Virus record (IMG/VR): IMGVR_UViG_3300028591_000119
Span: 58,279-122,278 of that record
Strand: one strand, 5' to 3'
DNA from: a virus
Taxonomy: Duplodnaviria; Caudoviricetes
DNA length: 64,000 nt
Made by a program: the position numbers and the translations under genes
Notes under the pieces: model-generated
What the model was told of the DNA's origin: nothing
The model's input: only the letters and a program-made list of their open reading frames with translations
Databases searched by the model: none
In this document: one piece after another, positions 21,636 through 30,256 of the stretch
Layout of the letters: each line of letters begins with the position of its first letter
Position numbering within the stretch: the first letter of the stretch is position 1

Positions 21636-21779
21636 TTAATCTGACATACTGCTGTCATCAGATGAATCGTCACTCGTCTCAATACCAAACATATCTTCAA
21701 TACCTTCTGTTCCACCTACTATAGGAACAGAAGACATAATATCCATAGTCCAGTCATCGTCGTCGCATGAAAATAACAT
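21636..21779 (-). CDS. Small acidic hypothetical protein
   Basis: ATG 21779 with AAGGAGG SD (47 aa). Confidence 0.55.
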   Translation of the reverse strand: MLFSCDDDDWTMDIMSSVPIVGGTEGIEDMFGIETSDDSSDDSSMSD

Positions 21780-21798
21780 GTTGTGCCTCCTTTTTCCT

Positions 21799-22035
21799 TT
21801 ATTCGTTACTTCCACCATAAATGATTTTAAAAATAGATACCGCAGTTAATGAGACGATACCTATAATTCCGGTTGCAACGATACCTTTCAAGATACCTTT
21901 GCTTTCTTCGTCTACTTCTAGACGAAATACTTTTTTACTTGGAAGCTTGGCTGATTCAATGTATGATTCAGCTAATTTTGTTGTTTTGTCATCCAAGCCT
22001 ATCTTAGAGACATTAATATTTAATTCTCCTTTCAT
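21799..22035 (-). CDS. Small protein with C-terminal TM anchor
   Basis: ATG 22035 with GGAG SD; GIVATGIIGIVSLTAVSIF; TATATTAT at 22058-22065. Confidence 0.65.
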   Translation of the reverse strand: MKGELNINVSKIGLDDKTTKLAESYIESAKLPSKKVFRLEVDEESKGILKGIVATGIIGIVSLTAVSIFKIIYGGSNE

Positions 22036-22156
22036 ATTTTTACTCCTACTCAAATCTATAATATATTAAAATGAATGTATATAAAATAAAATTTATATTT
22101 TAATATAGAAAGATATACATTATTATGAAATCGACGTCTATAGGAGGATTAACATT

Positions 22157-22444
22157 ATGGACGAACCAAAAGAAGTTGAAACAACTGTAACACAGGAAAA
22201 GGATACTAAAAAGAAGCAGCATCCTGAGTACAAAATCACTAAAGAATTGGGTGTTCTTGGTAACCGCGGTAATGTCGGATGGACTATTCAGTTAAATGAA
22301 ATCCAGTGGGATCCTAGCAATCCTGAAACAAAGTATGATATTCGTACTTGGTCACCAGATCGTAAAATCTTAGGTAAAGGTATTTCTCTTAATAAAGAAG
22401 AAGCTTCTAAACTCAAAGATCTCCTCAATTCTATCGAATTATAA
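22157..22444 (+). CDS. PC4/YdbC-family ssDNA-binding protein
   Basis: GWTIQLNEIQW...KYDIRTWSPD...GKGISL is the YdbC/PC4 pattern; GGAGG SD. Confidence 0.9.
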   Translation: MDEPKEVETTVTQEKDTKKKQHPEYKITKELGVLGNRGNVGWTIQLNEIQWDPSNPETKYDIRTWSPDRKILGKGISLNKEEASKLKDLLNSIEL

Positions 22445-22455
22445 AATATTGTATA

Positions 22456-22483
22456 ATGTAGACTCGGTTTTCCGAGTCTACAT
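22456..22483. terminator. Bidirectional terminator
   Basis: ATGTAGACTCGG-TTTT-CCGAGTCTACAT between convergent genes. Confidence 0.75.
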
Positions 22484-22488
22484 ATTAT

Positions 22489-22917
22489 TTATGTCCTATT
22501 AAATCTATCAATATCTTCTTGGGTTATTCTCACTATTTCACATTCGATTTCGTTATTTTTATTTTCTTTTCTTGTAGGATTTTGTAAATCATATAACTTA
22601 TCAAAATCAGCATCGCGTTCTTCTTCACGCTTTATATCTTCAGCAGTAATTCTGTCTTTTCGTTTAGTTAACCATCGTTTAGAATTCTTTTTGATATATT
22701 TGACAGATTCATCAAACTGTCTAAAACTTAATTCTGTGTCCCCTAATTTAAACGAAGAATTAACACATTCGAATTCAAATTTAATTCGTTTATGTTTCTC
22801 ATCCAAAACAAATTTAATAGAATCAGGTAACACTTTAAATAACATACTTAAATCACCTGAATATATAGAAAGCATTTCTCCATTAGCATCATCTTTAAAT
22901 TGTTTTTTACTTCTCAT
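22489..22917 (-). CDS. Hypothetical protein
   Basis: 142 aa, AGGAG SD, TATATTAT at 22940-22947. Confidence 0.7.
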   Translation of the reverse strand: MRSKKQFKDDANGEMLSIYSGDLSMLFKVLPDSIKFVLDEKHKRIKFEFECVNSSFKLGDTELSFRQFDESVKYIKKNSKRWLTKRKDRITAEDIKREEERDADFDKLYDLQNPTRKENKNNEIECEIVRITQEDIDRFNRT

Positions 22918-23002
22918 ATTTTTATCTCCTTACACTAAAATAATATATAATCATTTGACATTTCAATGATTTAAAATCGATATAGAATAAGGAAAAAATC
23001 AA

Positions 23003-23836
23003 ATGAATGAAGATAATTTAAATAGACATAAAAAACCTAAAATTTTTAAATGTCCAGAATGTGGACAACGATACACTTCATATTATTTATTAGTAAGACA
23101 TGCTTCCACTTTACATAAGGACAAGATTCCTGAAGGAATATCTGTAGATCAATGGTTGTTTGATAGACGAAATAAAATTACATCTCCTAAATTATGTGTA
23201 ATATGTAAAAAGAATCCAGTTAAATTCAATCAAACAACTTTAAAATATAATAGATTCTGTTCTGAAGAATGTCGTAAAAAAGCAGGTGAGATAGCTGAAA
23301 GAAATCTAAAAAAGAAAACAGGTAAAACTCGTTCTGAAAGAATGTCTGATCCAGATACACAAAGAAATATGTTAGCCAATAGAGGAACGTCAGGAACATA
23401 TACTTTCAGAGATAAAAAAACTACTATAAGATATGCTAGTTCATACGAATTAGATTTCTTAAAATTTTATGATTTAGAATTCCAAGGCGACCCTTTAGAT
23501 TTAATAGAGTGTCCTTACACGTTCGATTATATTTTTGATAATAAGAAACACACTTATATACCTGATTACGCTTGTAATCTTGGTGGTAATGGTGGAATAC
23601 TTATAATAGAAATAAAAGACGGTAAATTAGCTAATCAAACTAATCAAGCAATCATTGATAATAGCCAAGCTAAAGAACCTTTCAAAGATGAAGCAGTATT
23701 ACGTTCAGGTATCTATAATTTCATTAAGATACGTGATATGCAATATGATGATTTTGTACAAGTTATGAATATTCTAAAAGAAAGAAATGCAAGTACAGAA
23801 TCATTTCCACCATTATTTATAAATCCTGAAAGATAA
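23003..23836 (+). CDS. C2H2 zinc-finger plus TnsA-like PD-(D/E)xK endonuclease
   Basis: CPECG...H...H, CVIC and FCSEEC; YASSYE...YIPDY...IEIKDG; GACA-N6-TG at 22957-22968. Confidence 0.75.
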   Translation: MNEDNLNRHKKPKIFKCPECGQRYTSYYLLVRHASTLHKDKIPEGISVDQWLFDRRNKITSPKLCVICKKNPVKFNQTTLKYNRFCSEECRKKAGEIAERNLKKKTGKTRSERMSDPDTQRNMLANRGTSGTYTFRDKKTTIRYASSYELDFLKFYDLEFQGDPLDLIECPYTFDYIFDNKKHTYIPDYACNLGGNGGILIIEIKDGKLANQTNQAIIDNSQAKEPFKDEAVLRSGIYNFIKIRDMQYDDFVQVMNILKERNASTESFPPLFINPER

Positions 23837-23840
23837 TAAA

Positions 23841-23871
23841 AAAATGACCTGCGTGTGAGGCAGGTCATTTT
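23841..23871. terminator. Bidirectional terminator, possibly regulated
   Basis: AAAATGACCTGC-GTGTGAG-GCAGGTCATTTT. Confidence 0.75.
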
Positions 23872-23885
23872 TCGTTTGACGTCGT

Positions 23886-24005
23886 CTATGCAAGCAGTCT
23901 GCAATCTTCGTCGAACAAATCAATTTCAACAACGATGTTCGATTCAAGATCACTATGACCTGCCTCCCTTCGAACATCATTAATAAATGACATCCAGTCG
24001 TTCAT
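23886..24005 (-). CDS. 39-aa small ORF (MNDWMSFINDVRREAGHSDLESNIVVEIDLFDEDCRLLA), below the ORF-track cutoff
   Basis: GGAGG SD 7 nt upstream; starts right after the 24008 stop. Confidence 0.6.
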   Translation of the reverse strand: MNDWMSFINDVRREAGHSDLESNIVVEIDLFDEDCRLLA

Positions 24006-24007
24006 TA

Positions 24008-24256
24008 TTATCCTCCTATATTTTCTTCAGTTTTGGTTAATCTTTTGACAGACTCTTTGCGAGCCTTATCCTGAAGCATGTCTCGGTATATTTCTTCGAC
24101 TTGCTTCGTCTTCTTCAAATATTCCTTTGGATCAGATACTCTATTAAGCATACGATCCAAACCATTTGCTATACCATTGGCTAGCTTTTTACCAATCTTA
24201 TTAATTGGCCAAAGCAATGCCATATTAGCATATTCTAATTGCAGTTCTGTTATCAT
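24008..24256 (-). CDS. Small hypothetical protein
   Basis: 82 aa, AGGGGG SD, TATATTAT at 24287-24294. Confidence 0.65.
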   Translation of the reverse strand: MITELQLEYANMALLWPINKIGKKLANGIANGLDRMLNRVSDPKEYLKKTKQVEEIYRDMLQDKARKESVKRLTKTEENIGG

Positions 24257-24313
24257 AAGAACCCCCTTTTCTATTTATTCACTATTATAATATAAAAATG
24301 AAACAATACATTA

Positions 24314-24347
24314 AATAAAATCCGAGGATTAATCCTCGGATTTTATT
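24314..24347 (-). terminator. Intrinsic terminator after chaperonin
   Basis: AATAAAATCCGAGGA-TTAA-TCCTCGGATTTTATT. Confidence 0.75.
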
Positions 24348-24358
24348 ATTTATCAAAA

Positions 24359-26284
24359 TTAACGACCACTAGGTCTTTCATCAACCATTACAGACATCAA
24401 CTGATTAGATGTCAAGAATAAGCTAAGAATACTGATTTCTGATTTAAGAGTTTCGATATCAGTATTTCCTGGTACGATCAAATCAGGAAGCTTAGATACA
24501 TCAAGCGCTTTATGTTCATGATCCGTAGAAGAATCAGATACATAATGGAACTGTTCGTATTTATCTGTAATCAAGTTGTATGTTTTAGGTTCTTCAAATT
24601 GTTTCTGATTATAGAATTCTTTAAAGAGATTCTTAATCCAACGTTTATCAGGAATACCGTTTTCGAATACTGTTCGAAATGCAGTTGTAGATGAAATTGC
24701 TGTAATATCAAGGATATCGGCAATAATCTTTTTAAGCTTATCTGCATTCATTCTAATACCGATATTCTTAACCTGACCAGGAACAGTGAGTTCATTGTAA
24801 ATATCTTCAATAAGTTTATCCTTATATCTGTTAATACAATGCATTACGTTAACTTGTCCACCGAGAATAATACCGTTGTTTACACAAGCTTTTACTGCAC
24901 AAGTAGCATCATCGAAAATGAGTTTTCTATTACGCTTTTCTTTTTCAGAATCACCACCGACCTTAATAATCTGCATTTCACCTTCAAGCATAGAAATGCG
25001 GTGTCTAAGCATATCAAGACGAGCAACTGCTTGAATTCCGTGTTGAGCAGAATCCTTATTATTCGCAATAATCTTCTTGATTTCTTCGATACGTCCTTTA
25101 CGGAGTTCCATATCACCAGCACCACCACGAATGCGTGTAAATCCAAATTTAGATTCAACGTGTTCGGCACGTCCTAACATCTGGTCTAATTCCTGTGCGT
25201 TACTTGGTGTAACGATAAGATTACCGTTATTAGTCTTAAGAGCTTTAGCACCAAGAGTAGCTTCAAGGTCTTCAACACGCCATGAACCATATTCGTTGCT
25301 CATATTAAGACAAATAGACAATATAGGTAATTTTACTAAAACGCGCTGACCATTATAGTTTCGTGTAATGCCAGTTCTACACAATGTAAGATAATCAAGA
25401 ATTTCTTGAGAGAATGCTTCAGCGATAATTACAAGAGGTCTAGGATGTGTTGGGTCTTCAGTTACCCATTTAATCCACATCTTAAGATAATCAAGACTCT
25501 TATTGAAGAGAGGACCTCTTACCAACAAGAACATCGGATTATCATATTCTGCAGTAATACCATCTGCACTATTTGCCATATACGATAAATTGTAACCATA
25601 TGGCATTTCAAAACCGATATCAGTTTCAACCACAGTATTTTCATCGTACGATTTTTGAATATTGATGTATGGTTCATCTGTACGAGATTTATCATAAACC
25701 TCAGCAATCATGTCGCCTATAGTCGAATCATTATTTGCTGCAATTGTAGCAATCTTTCTGTAGATTTCAATTCTAGATGCTTTAGGTAAATCATTAACTT
25801 TAATAATATATTTTTCTTTGAATTTTTTAGTTAATGAATTATGAACCGCATCAATAATGTTTTTGATACCATATGGTGTGATTTCATGGTGTCTGCGAAC
25901 ATATTTTTCGATCCTACTATAGAAGTTTGCTGCATTTACAGAACAAGTAGTTGTTCCATCGCCAAGTTCCTGGTTTGTTCTACCGGAGATGTCTCTTGCT
26001 ACCCTGTAAATACTTTCATATACTGGATTGTCATAAATATGATCGTTCATGACAGTGAATCCATCTTTACATGGATAAATTGGAACAGAAGCATATGGTT
26101 CAGTGATGAGTGTGTTTCCACCAGCTGGTCCAAGTGTAGGCTTTACAGTTCTTGATAAATCATTTAAAACGTTGCGGATGATTTTCTTCATTTGCTTAGG
26201 AGGAACAATATTCTCTTTAGCGCGTTTTACATCCAACTGATGTTTAGTAATGTTTTTCATTGATTCGTTTTTATCAAATTCCAT
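24359..26284 (-). CDS. groEL: Phage-encoded GroEL-like chaperonin (Cpn60)
   Basis: TLGPAG, KDGFTV, GDGTTT, IAANND, PLVIIAE, IKVGG.SE.E and DDA..AVKA motifs. Confidence 0.93.
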   Translation of the reverse strand: MEFDKNESMKNITKHQLDVKRAKENIVPPKQMKKIIRNVLNDLSRTVKPTLGPAGGNTLITEPYASVPIYPCKDGFTVMNDHIYDNPVYESIYRVARDISGRTNQELGDGTTTCSVNAANFYSRIEKYVRRHHEITPYGIKNIIDAVHNSLTKKFKEKYIIKVNDLPKASRIEIYRKIATIAANNDSTIGDMIAEVYDKSRTDEPYINIQKSYDENTVVETDIGFEMPYGYNLSYMANSADGITAEYDNPMFLLVRGPLFNKSLDYLKMWIKWVTEDPTHPRPLVIIAEAFSQEILDYLTLCRTGITRNYNGQRVLVKLPILSICLNMSNEYGSWRVEDLEATLGAKALKTNNGNLIVTPSNAQELDQMLGRAEHVESKFGFTRIRGGAGDMELRKGRIEEIKKIIANNKDSAQHGIQAVARLDMLRHRISMLEGEMQIIKVGGDSEKEKRNRKLIFDDATCAVKACVNNGIILGGQVNVMHCINRYKDKLIEDIYNELTVPGQVKNIGIRMNADKLKKIIADILDITAISSTTAFRTVFENGIPDKRWIKNLFKEFYNQKQFEEPKTYNLITDKYEQFHYVSDSSTDHEHKALDVSKLPDLIVPGNTDIETLKSEISILSLFLTSNQLMSVMVDERPSGR

Positions 26285-26302
26285 TTTATAAAACCTCTTT
26301 TA

Positions 26303-26665
26303 TTATATTTTCAATGATAAATTTATTTCCAAATTCACCGATGAATTATATTCAACTATCTGAATATTGTAGCGCTGAAAAATTCCGCTATGAATTACTT
26401 TATTCAAAGTATTTATATTTATATCTGATGTATTAAATTTAAAACAAGTATACGATTCTGTTAAAGTTTCGTTAACTTTATTAGTTACTAGAATAGGTAT
26501 AGGCGGGTTCTTGCGTTTAGACATAGCAGCATATGTACACACAATATCGTGACTAATTAACATAGCTGAAGATGCTGCGGCAGAAAATATTACTTGGTAA
26601 TCCACACCTAATGTTATCAAATTTTGTTGTATCAAATTTAAATAATTAGGTAAACTTAATTGCAT
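26303..26665 (-). CDS. Hypothetical protein
   Basis: 120-aa ORF in operon. Confidence 0.6.
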   Translation of the reverse strand: MQLSLPNYLNLIQQNLITLGVDYQVIFSAAASSAMLISHDIVCTYAAMSKRKNPPIPILVTNKVNETLTESYTCFKFNTSDININTLNKVIHSGIFQRYNIQIVEYNSSVNLEINLSLKI

Positions 26666-26676
26666 TTTCGTTCTCT

Positions 26677-27030
26677 TTATCTAGGAAGATCTCGAAAGTT
26701 TAAGCTGCGTGTTCTATCTATTTCATCGTATTGTTGTAATGTCGTGTCTTGTTCTATATTGTGCGAAGGAACGGAAGACGCGTCGTCTCCACCAAACAAT
26801 CCTCCCATGGAAGAGGCATAACGTCGAGAATAAGCGTCAATTATACCGTTCTTATAATTTTCTTGACTACGTTTTAGATTTTCAAGTCTAGCTCGAATCA
26901 TTACTCGTTGTGAAGGAATATCCATCGACAGTATTTCTGTTGGTGATATGTCACCATCAAATAATCTTATCATGCCGTCTATTTTCATCGCCATTTGTAC
27001 CGGAATATCATCTGTAAATTCTTCATCCAT
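26677..27030 (-). CDS. Tail assembly chaperone 'T' segment, probably expressed by -1 frameshift from the upstream gene
   Basis: ISPTEILSMDIP..R.MIRARLE motif; no SD at normal spacing; frame open back to the T8 slippery run. Confidence 0.6.
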   Translation of the reverse strand: MDEEFTDDIPVQMAMKIDGMIRLFDGDISPTEILSMDIPSQRVMIRARLENLKRSQENYKNGIIDAYSRRYASSMGGLFGGDDASSVPSHNIEQDTTLQQYDEIDRTRSLNFRDLPR

Positions 27031-27059
27031 ACTAGTGACTTCGATTCCTTCGGATGATT

Positions 27060-29132
27060 CTATTTCGTAAGTCGTTTTCTCCGTCCTTCGCCAATCTTGA
27101 AAAAAAAGATTTGTTTAGGATTAATTGAAACAAATTTAATATTCTTACCGCAATTATTATTACTACATTTACAATCTGTAAGATAATATCTTGTAGAAGT
27201 CTTAGTGATAAGATCTTTAATAGCTTCACCAGATAACAGTTCATTGTAATCATCTGGGTCTAAAGCATTGATGTGTTCAATAATATCTGCTTTATTTGTA
27301 AGTTTGATATATCGATATTTATTTCCGTCTCCTACTTTAGTAGGAATACCAATATCTTTGATATAAATATACATTTGAATCCTATTGAAATCTTCAATAA
27401 GACTTTCTTCATCTTCTATTTCAGAAGGATCAATATTGAAATCATCAAGAATATCAAGATTTAATCTTCCACCCATATCTCTTTGATTAATTCTCTCAAG
27501 AGTAGTAATAGTTTCAAGATAGTCATATAATGTCGGTACAGCAAAATCAACGATAATACAACTATTAGGAAGCATTTTTCTAATAACTTTAGTTTCTGCC
27601 CATTTAGCGAGTGGAGTAGAATCCAAATTCATTAAATCTTTATTAGTGATGAATTTTTCAAGTTCATCAGATTTCATATCAAATTCTTTAGGAACGCCGA
27701 CTGTGAGCTCAGGATTTCTTTTATATACGTCCAATTCTGTACCACAATAAGGACAATCGAAAATATAATGATTAGGACCTGTAGAGTTAGCGTCATATAC
27801 ACTGAAATATAAAGACATCATGTCTGGGAGTTTTATATTTCTTGCCCACGTATCAAAATCTGGTTTTTCTTTAGCATAAGAAACATAATTGACATGCGCA
27901 TAGATTGATTCTAAAAGAATTCTTTCTCTATCGATAAATCTATGATTGTCTGAAAAAATAACTCTTTCTACACCAATCTGGTCAGAATTTCCATATGCTG
28001 CTATTTCCTCATAATGTCCACTCATTAATAATGCGATACGTGAAATCTTAGGAGCAGAAATCATATCATTACGTGTTGTGAGATATGATTTACGCAAATT
28101 GTTATCATCCAGATTAAAATCAAACATCTCAATCTTTTCAACATCAACATGTTTAGTATCGAGTTTAGATAATGATTTAAGAATATCACTAATCTTCTTA
28201 CGAGATACACTCTTGACATTATGTAAATCTACGTCTTTAGGAGCAGAATATTCTTCATCAAGTTTCTTGATACGTTCTTTTTCCACATCGTCTTTAGTTT
28301 GAATATCTAATGTTTCTGTATTATCTTCTTCTTTATTTATTGCGGTCTCAACCGTTTCATCATCGTCACCATCAAAAGGTTTAGCCGTGAATATATCATT
28401 AATTTCTTCAAGAATAGCTTCTTCTTTTTTAGTATTTTCATCAGCTTCAGTCGTTGTCTTCTTATTATCAACAATTATATCTATTTTTTCTTCAGTAGGT
28501 TCATCAATTATAATAGATTCCTTCTTTTCTTCTTCATCCAGTGAAATATTGTTTCCGACAGGAACTTGTTTAGGTAGTTCTTCAATAGGTTCTTCTTTAA
28601 CTGGTTTAGGAATAACTCTACCGATTTCTTCATTAGGAGTAAAATCTGCCGCAGATTCGCTGCGTTTTACTGCTGGGATATTTTCTTTTTCTTCAACAGG
28701 TTCTTCCAATTGAATATTATTTAAATCTTCTTCAGATATTTCAGGTTTTCCTATTTCCATATCAACAAGGTTAACATCTTCTTGTTTTTCCTCTTCAGAT
28801 GCAATATCTACTTGAGGTTTTGGAATAGTCTTTTCTTCAACAGGTTGAGTCTGATGTTCTTCAGCATTTTTAAGGTCTGTAGTAACGATAGTTTCAGAGG
28901 TTTTCTTTAACTCGTTTGATTTACTGATTAATGTTGAAAGAATGTTCTCTAATTCGGCCGCATAAGAAGGATTAGCTTCTAATCCAGAAGATGTTTCTGG
29001 CGACGCACCTAACTTATATGCTAAATTAATTTCTTTCTTAATGTCATCTAAAGATAAAGTATCAATGTTGTCTATAACATTTCGTAGTTCTTTCATACTA
29101 CTTTCTAAATCAAGTTTCTCTTCTTCAGCCAT
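27060..29132 (-). CDS. Tail/baseplate assembly chaperone (T4 gp26-like C-terminal half) with long acidic N-terminal region
   Basis: CPYCG and CSNNNCG Zn-binding pairs; ends ...QIFFFK over a T8 run. Confidence 0.6.
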   Translation of the reverse strand: MAEEEKLDLESSMKELRNVIDNIDTLSLDDIKKEINLAYKLGASPETSSGLEANPSYAAELENILSTLISKSNELKKTSETIVTTDLKNAEEHQTQPVEEKTIPKPQVDIASEEEKQEDVNLVDMEIGKPEISEEDLNNIQLEEPVEEKENIPAVKRSESAADFTPNEEIGRVIPKPVKEEPIEELPKQVPVGNNISLDEEEKKESIIIDEPTEEKIDIIVDNKKTTTEADENTKKEEAILEEINDIFTAKPFDGDDDETVETAINKEEDNTETLDIQTKDDVEKERIKKLDEEYSAPKDVDLHNVKSVSRKKISDILKSLSKLDTKHVDVEKIEMFDFNLDDNNLRKSYLTTRNDMISAPKISRIALLMSGHYEEIAAYGNSDQIGVERVIFSDNHRFIDRERILLESIYAHVNYVSYAKEKPDFDTWARNIKLPDMMSLYFSVYDANSTGPNHYIFDCPYCGTELDVYKRNPELTVGVPKEFDMKSDELEKFITNKDLMNLDSTPLAKWAETKVIRKMLPNSCIIVDFAVPTLYDYLETITTLERINQRDMGGRLNLDILDDFNIDPSEIEDEESLIEDFNRIQMYIYIKDIGIPTKVGDGNKYRYIKLTNKADIIEHINALDPDDYNELLSGEAIKDLITKTSTRYYLTDCKCSNNNCGKNIKFVSINPKQIFFFKIGEGRRKRLTK
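27100..27107 (-). other. Putative programmed -1 ribosomal frameshift site (ATC TTT TTT TTC)
   Basis: -1 frame reads FQDWRRTEKTTYEIESSEGIEVTS directly into MDEEF of 26677-27030 with no stop. Confidence 0.7.
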
Positions 29133-29133
29133 T

Positions 29134-30165
29134 TTATTTTTCCTTAATAGTATTAAATATTATATCAAATGACACTGTTTTATGCATCGAAAATTTAATA
29201 TTTTCAACTCTAGGTTCTCTATTTAGATAAATAAAATCTTCACTTTGCATCCAATCATTAGAGAACATGAATTTAATTGTTTTTTTATAATTTTTGATTG
29301 CATAAACAGATTTAATCAAATTAATAAATTTATCTTTTAAAAGATCTATATTGTTAAATTTTAAAACTAATTTATCTGGATATTCTTTAAGTTCATATTT
29401 CACATTATTTAGAAGATATTTTATACTTAAAGAAGATACGTTGTTATAAGAATAATTATCTCGAATTATCACACGTTTCGTTTTTTCATCGATTTTCAAC
29501 AAATCACATATTTCTATATGAAACACTTTTAAGAAATCTCGATAAACAGAATTTAATAGATAACGATATTTGTGTTTATCACCATTTGAATCAGTTATCG
29601 TATAGAATCCACCATATATCAATTTCTCTATTAACAATCTATAAAATCTATCAGTAAAATATCTTGTTAATATATAGATAGCTGTGACATAATCTATTTC
29701 TATATCAAATTTATTGATTCCATTATTTAACTTGCATAGTTTAATTTTTGGTATATTATGATTACATTTATATTCAGCCGGTAAATCACATTTAACACGA
29801 TCAACATCAACAAACATATCATATTTATTCCATTTATTTTCAACTGTGTGTATAATTTCGGTACGAGTTATATGAAATAATTCATCCAATACTGTAATAA
29901 TTTGTATTGGACTAAAACTATATTCTGAAGATGCTGAATAAAAGCATTTTCTATCTCCATATTGGTTATTATTAAAAACATAATGTTTATGAAGTTTGTT
30001 TTTTTCAGCATATCTCTTCATTTTATACGAGAATAAGCATAAAAATGCTACATCTTGCACATAATTCATTGAACTTTCATCATATATAAACTCTTTAGAA
30101 TCGAATCCATCATATATAGTTAATAGTCCAGAAATAATATGATTGTTTTTTCCTATGTTTTCCAC
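29134..30165 (-). CDS. Hypothetical protein
   Basis: 343-aa ORF, GTG start with GAAGGG SD. Confidence 0.65.
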   Translation of the reverse strand: MENIGKNNHIISGLLTIYDGFDSKEFIYDESSMNYVQDVAFLCLFSYKMKRYAEKNKLHKHYVFNNNQYGDRKCFYSASSEYSFSPIQIITVLDELFHITRTEIIHTVENKWNKYDMFVDVDRVKCDLPAEYKCNHNIPKIKLCKLNNGINKFDIEIDYVTAIYILTRYFTDRFYRLLIEKLIYGGFYTITDSNGDKHKYRYLLNSVYRDFLKVFHIEICDLLKIDEKTKRVIIRDNYSYNNVSSLSIKYLLNNVKYELKEYPDKLVLKFNNIDLLKDKFINLIKSVYAIKNYKKTIKFMFSNDWMQSEDFIYLNREPRVENIKFSMHKTVSFDIIFNTIKEK

Positions 30166-30256
30166 ATTTCCCTTCTTAATAGTTTCATTCTATTAAAATG
30201 TGGTTTTTTATTTAAAAAAAAATAATATCCTGGCTATTGCCAGGATATTATTCAGT

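Noticed and set aside
24311-24347. TAAAATCCGAGG resembles the third array unit (TAAATCCGAGGG)
   Set aside because: It is one arm of an ordinary terminator hairpin with no alternating second repeat; probably coincidence
27032-27253. 73-aa ORF as the frameshift extension
   Set aside because: It is the +1 frame and stops at 27032; the -1 frame is the one that joins the 117-aa ORF
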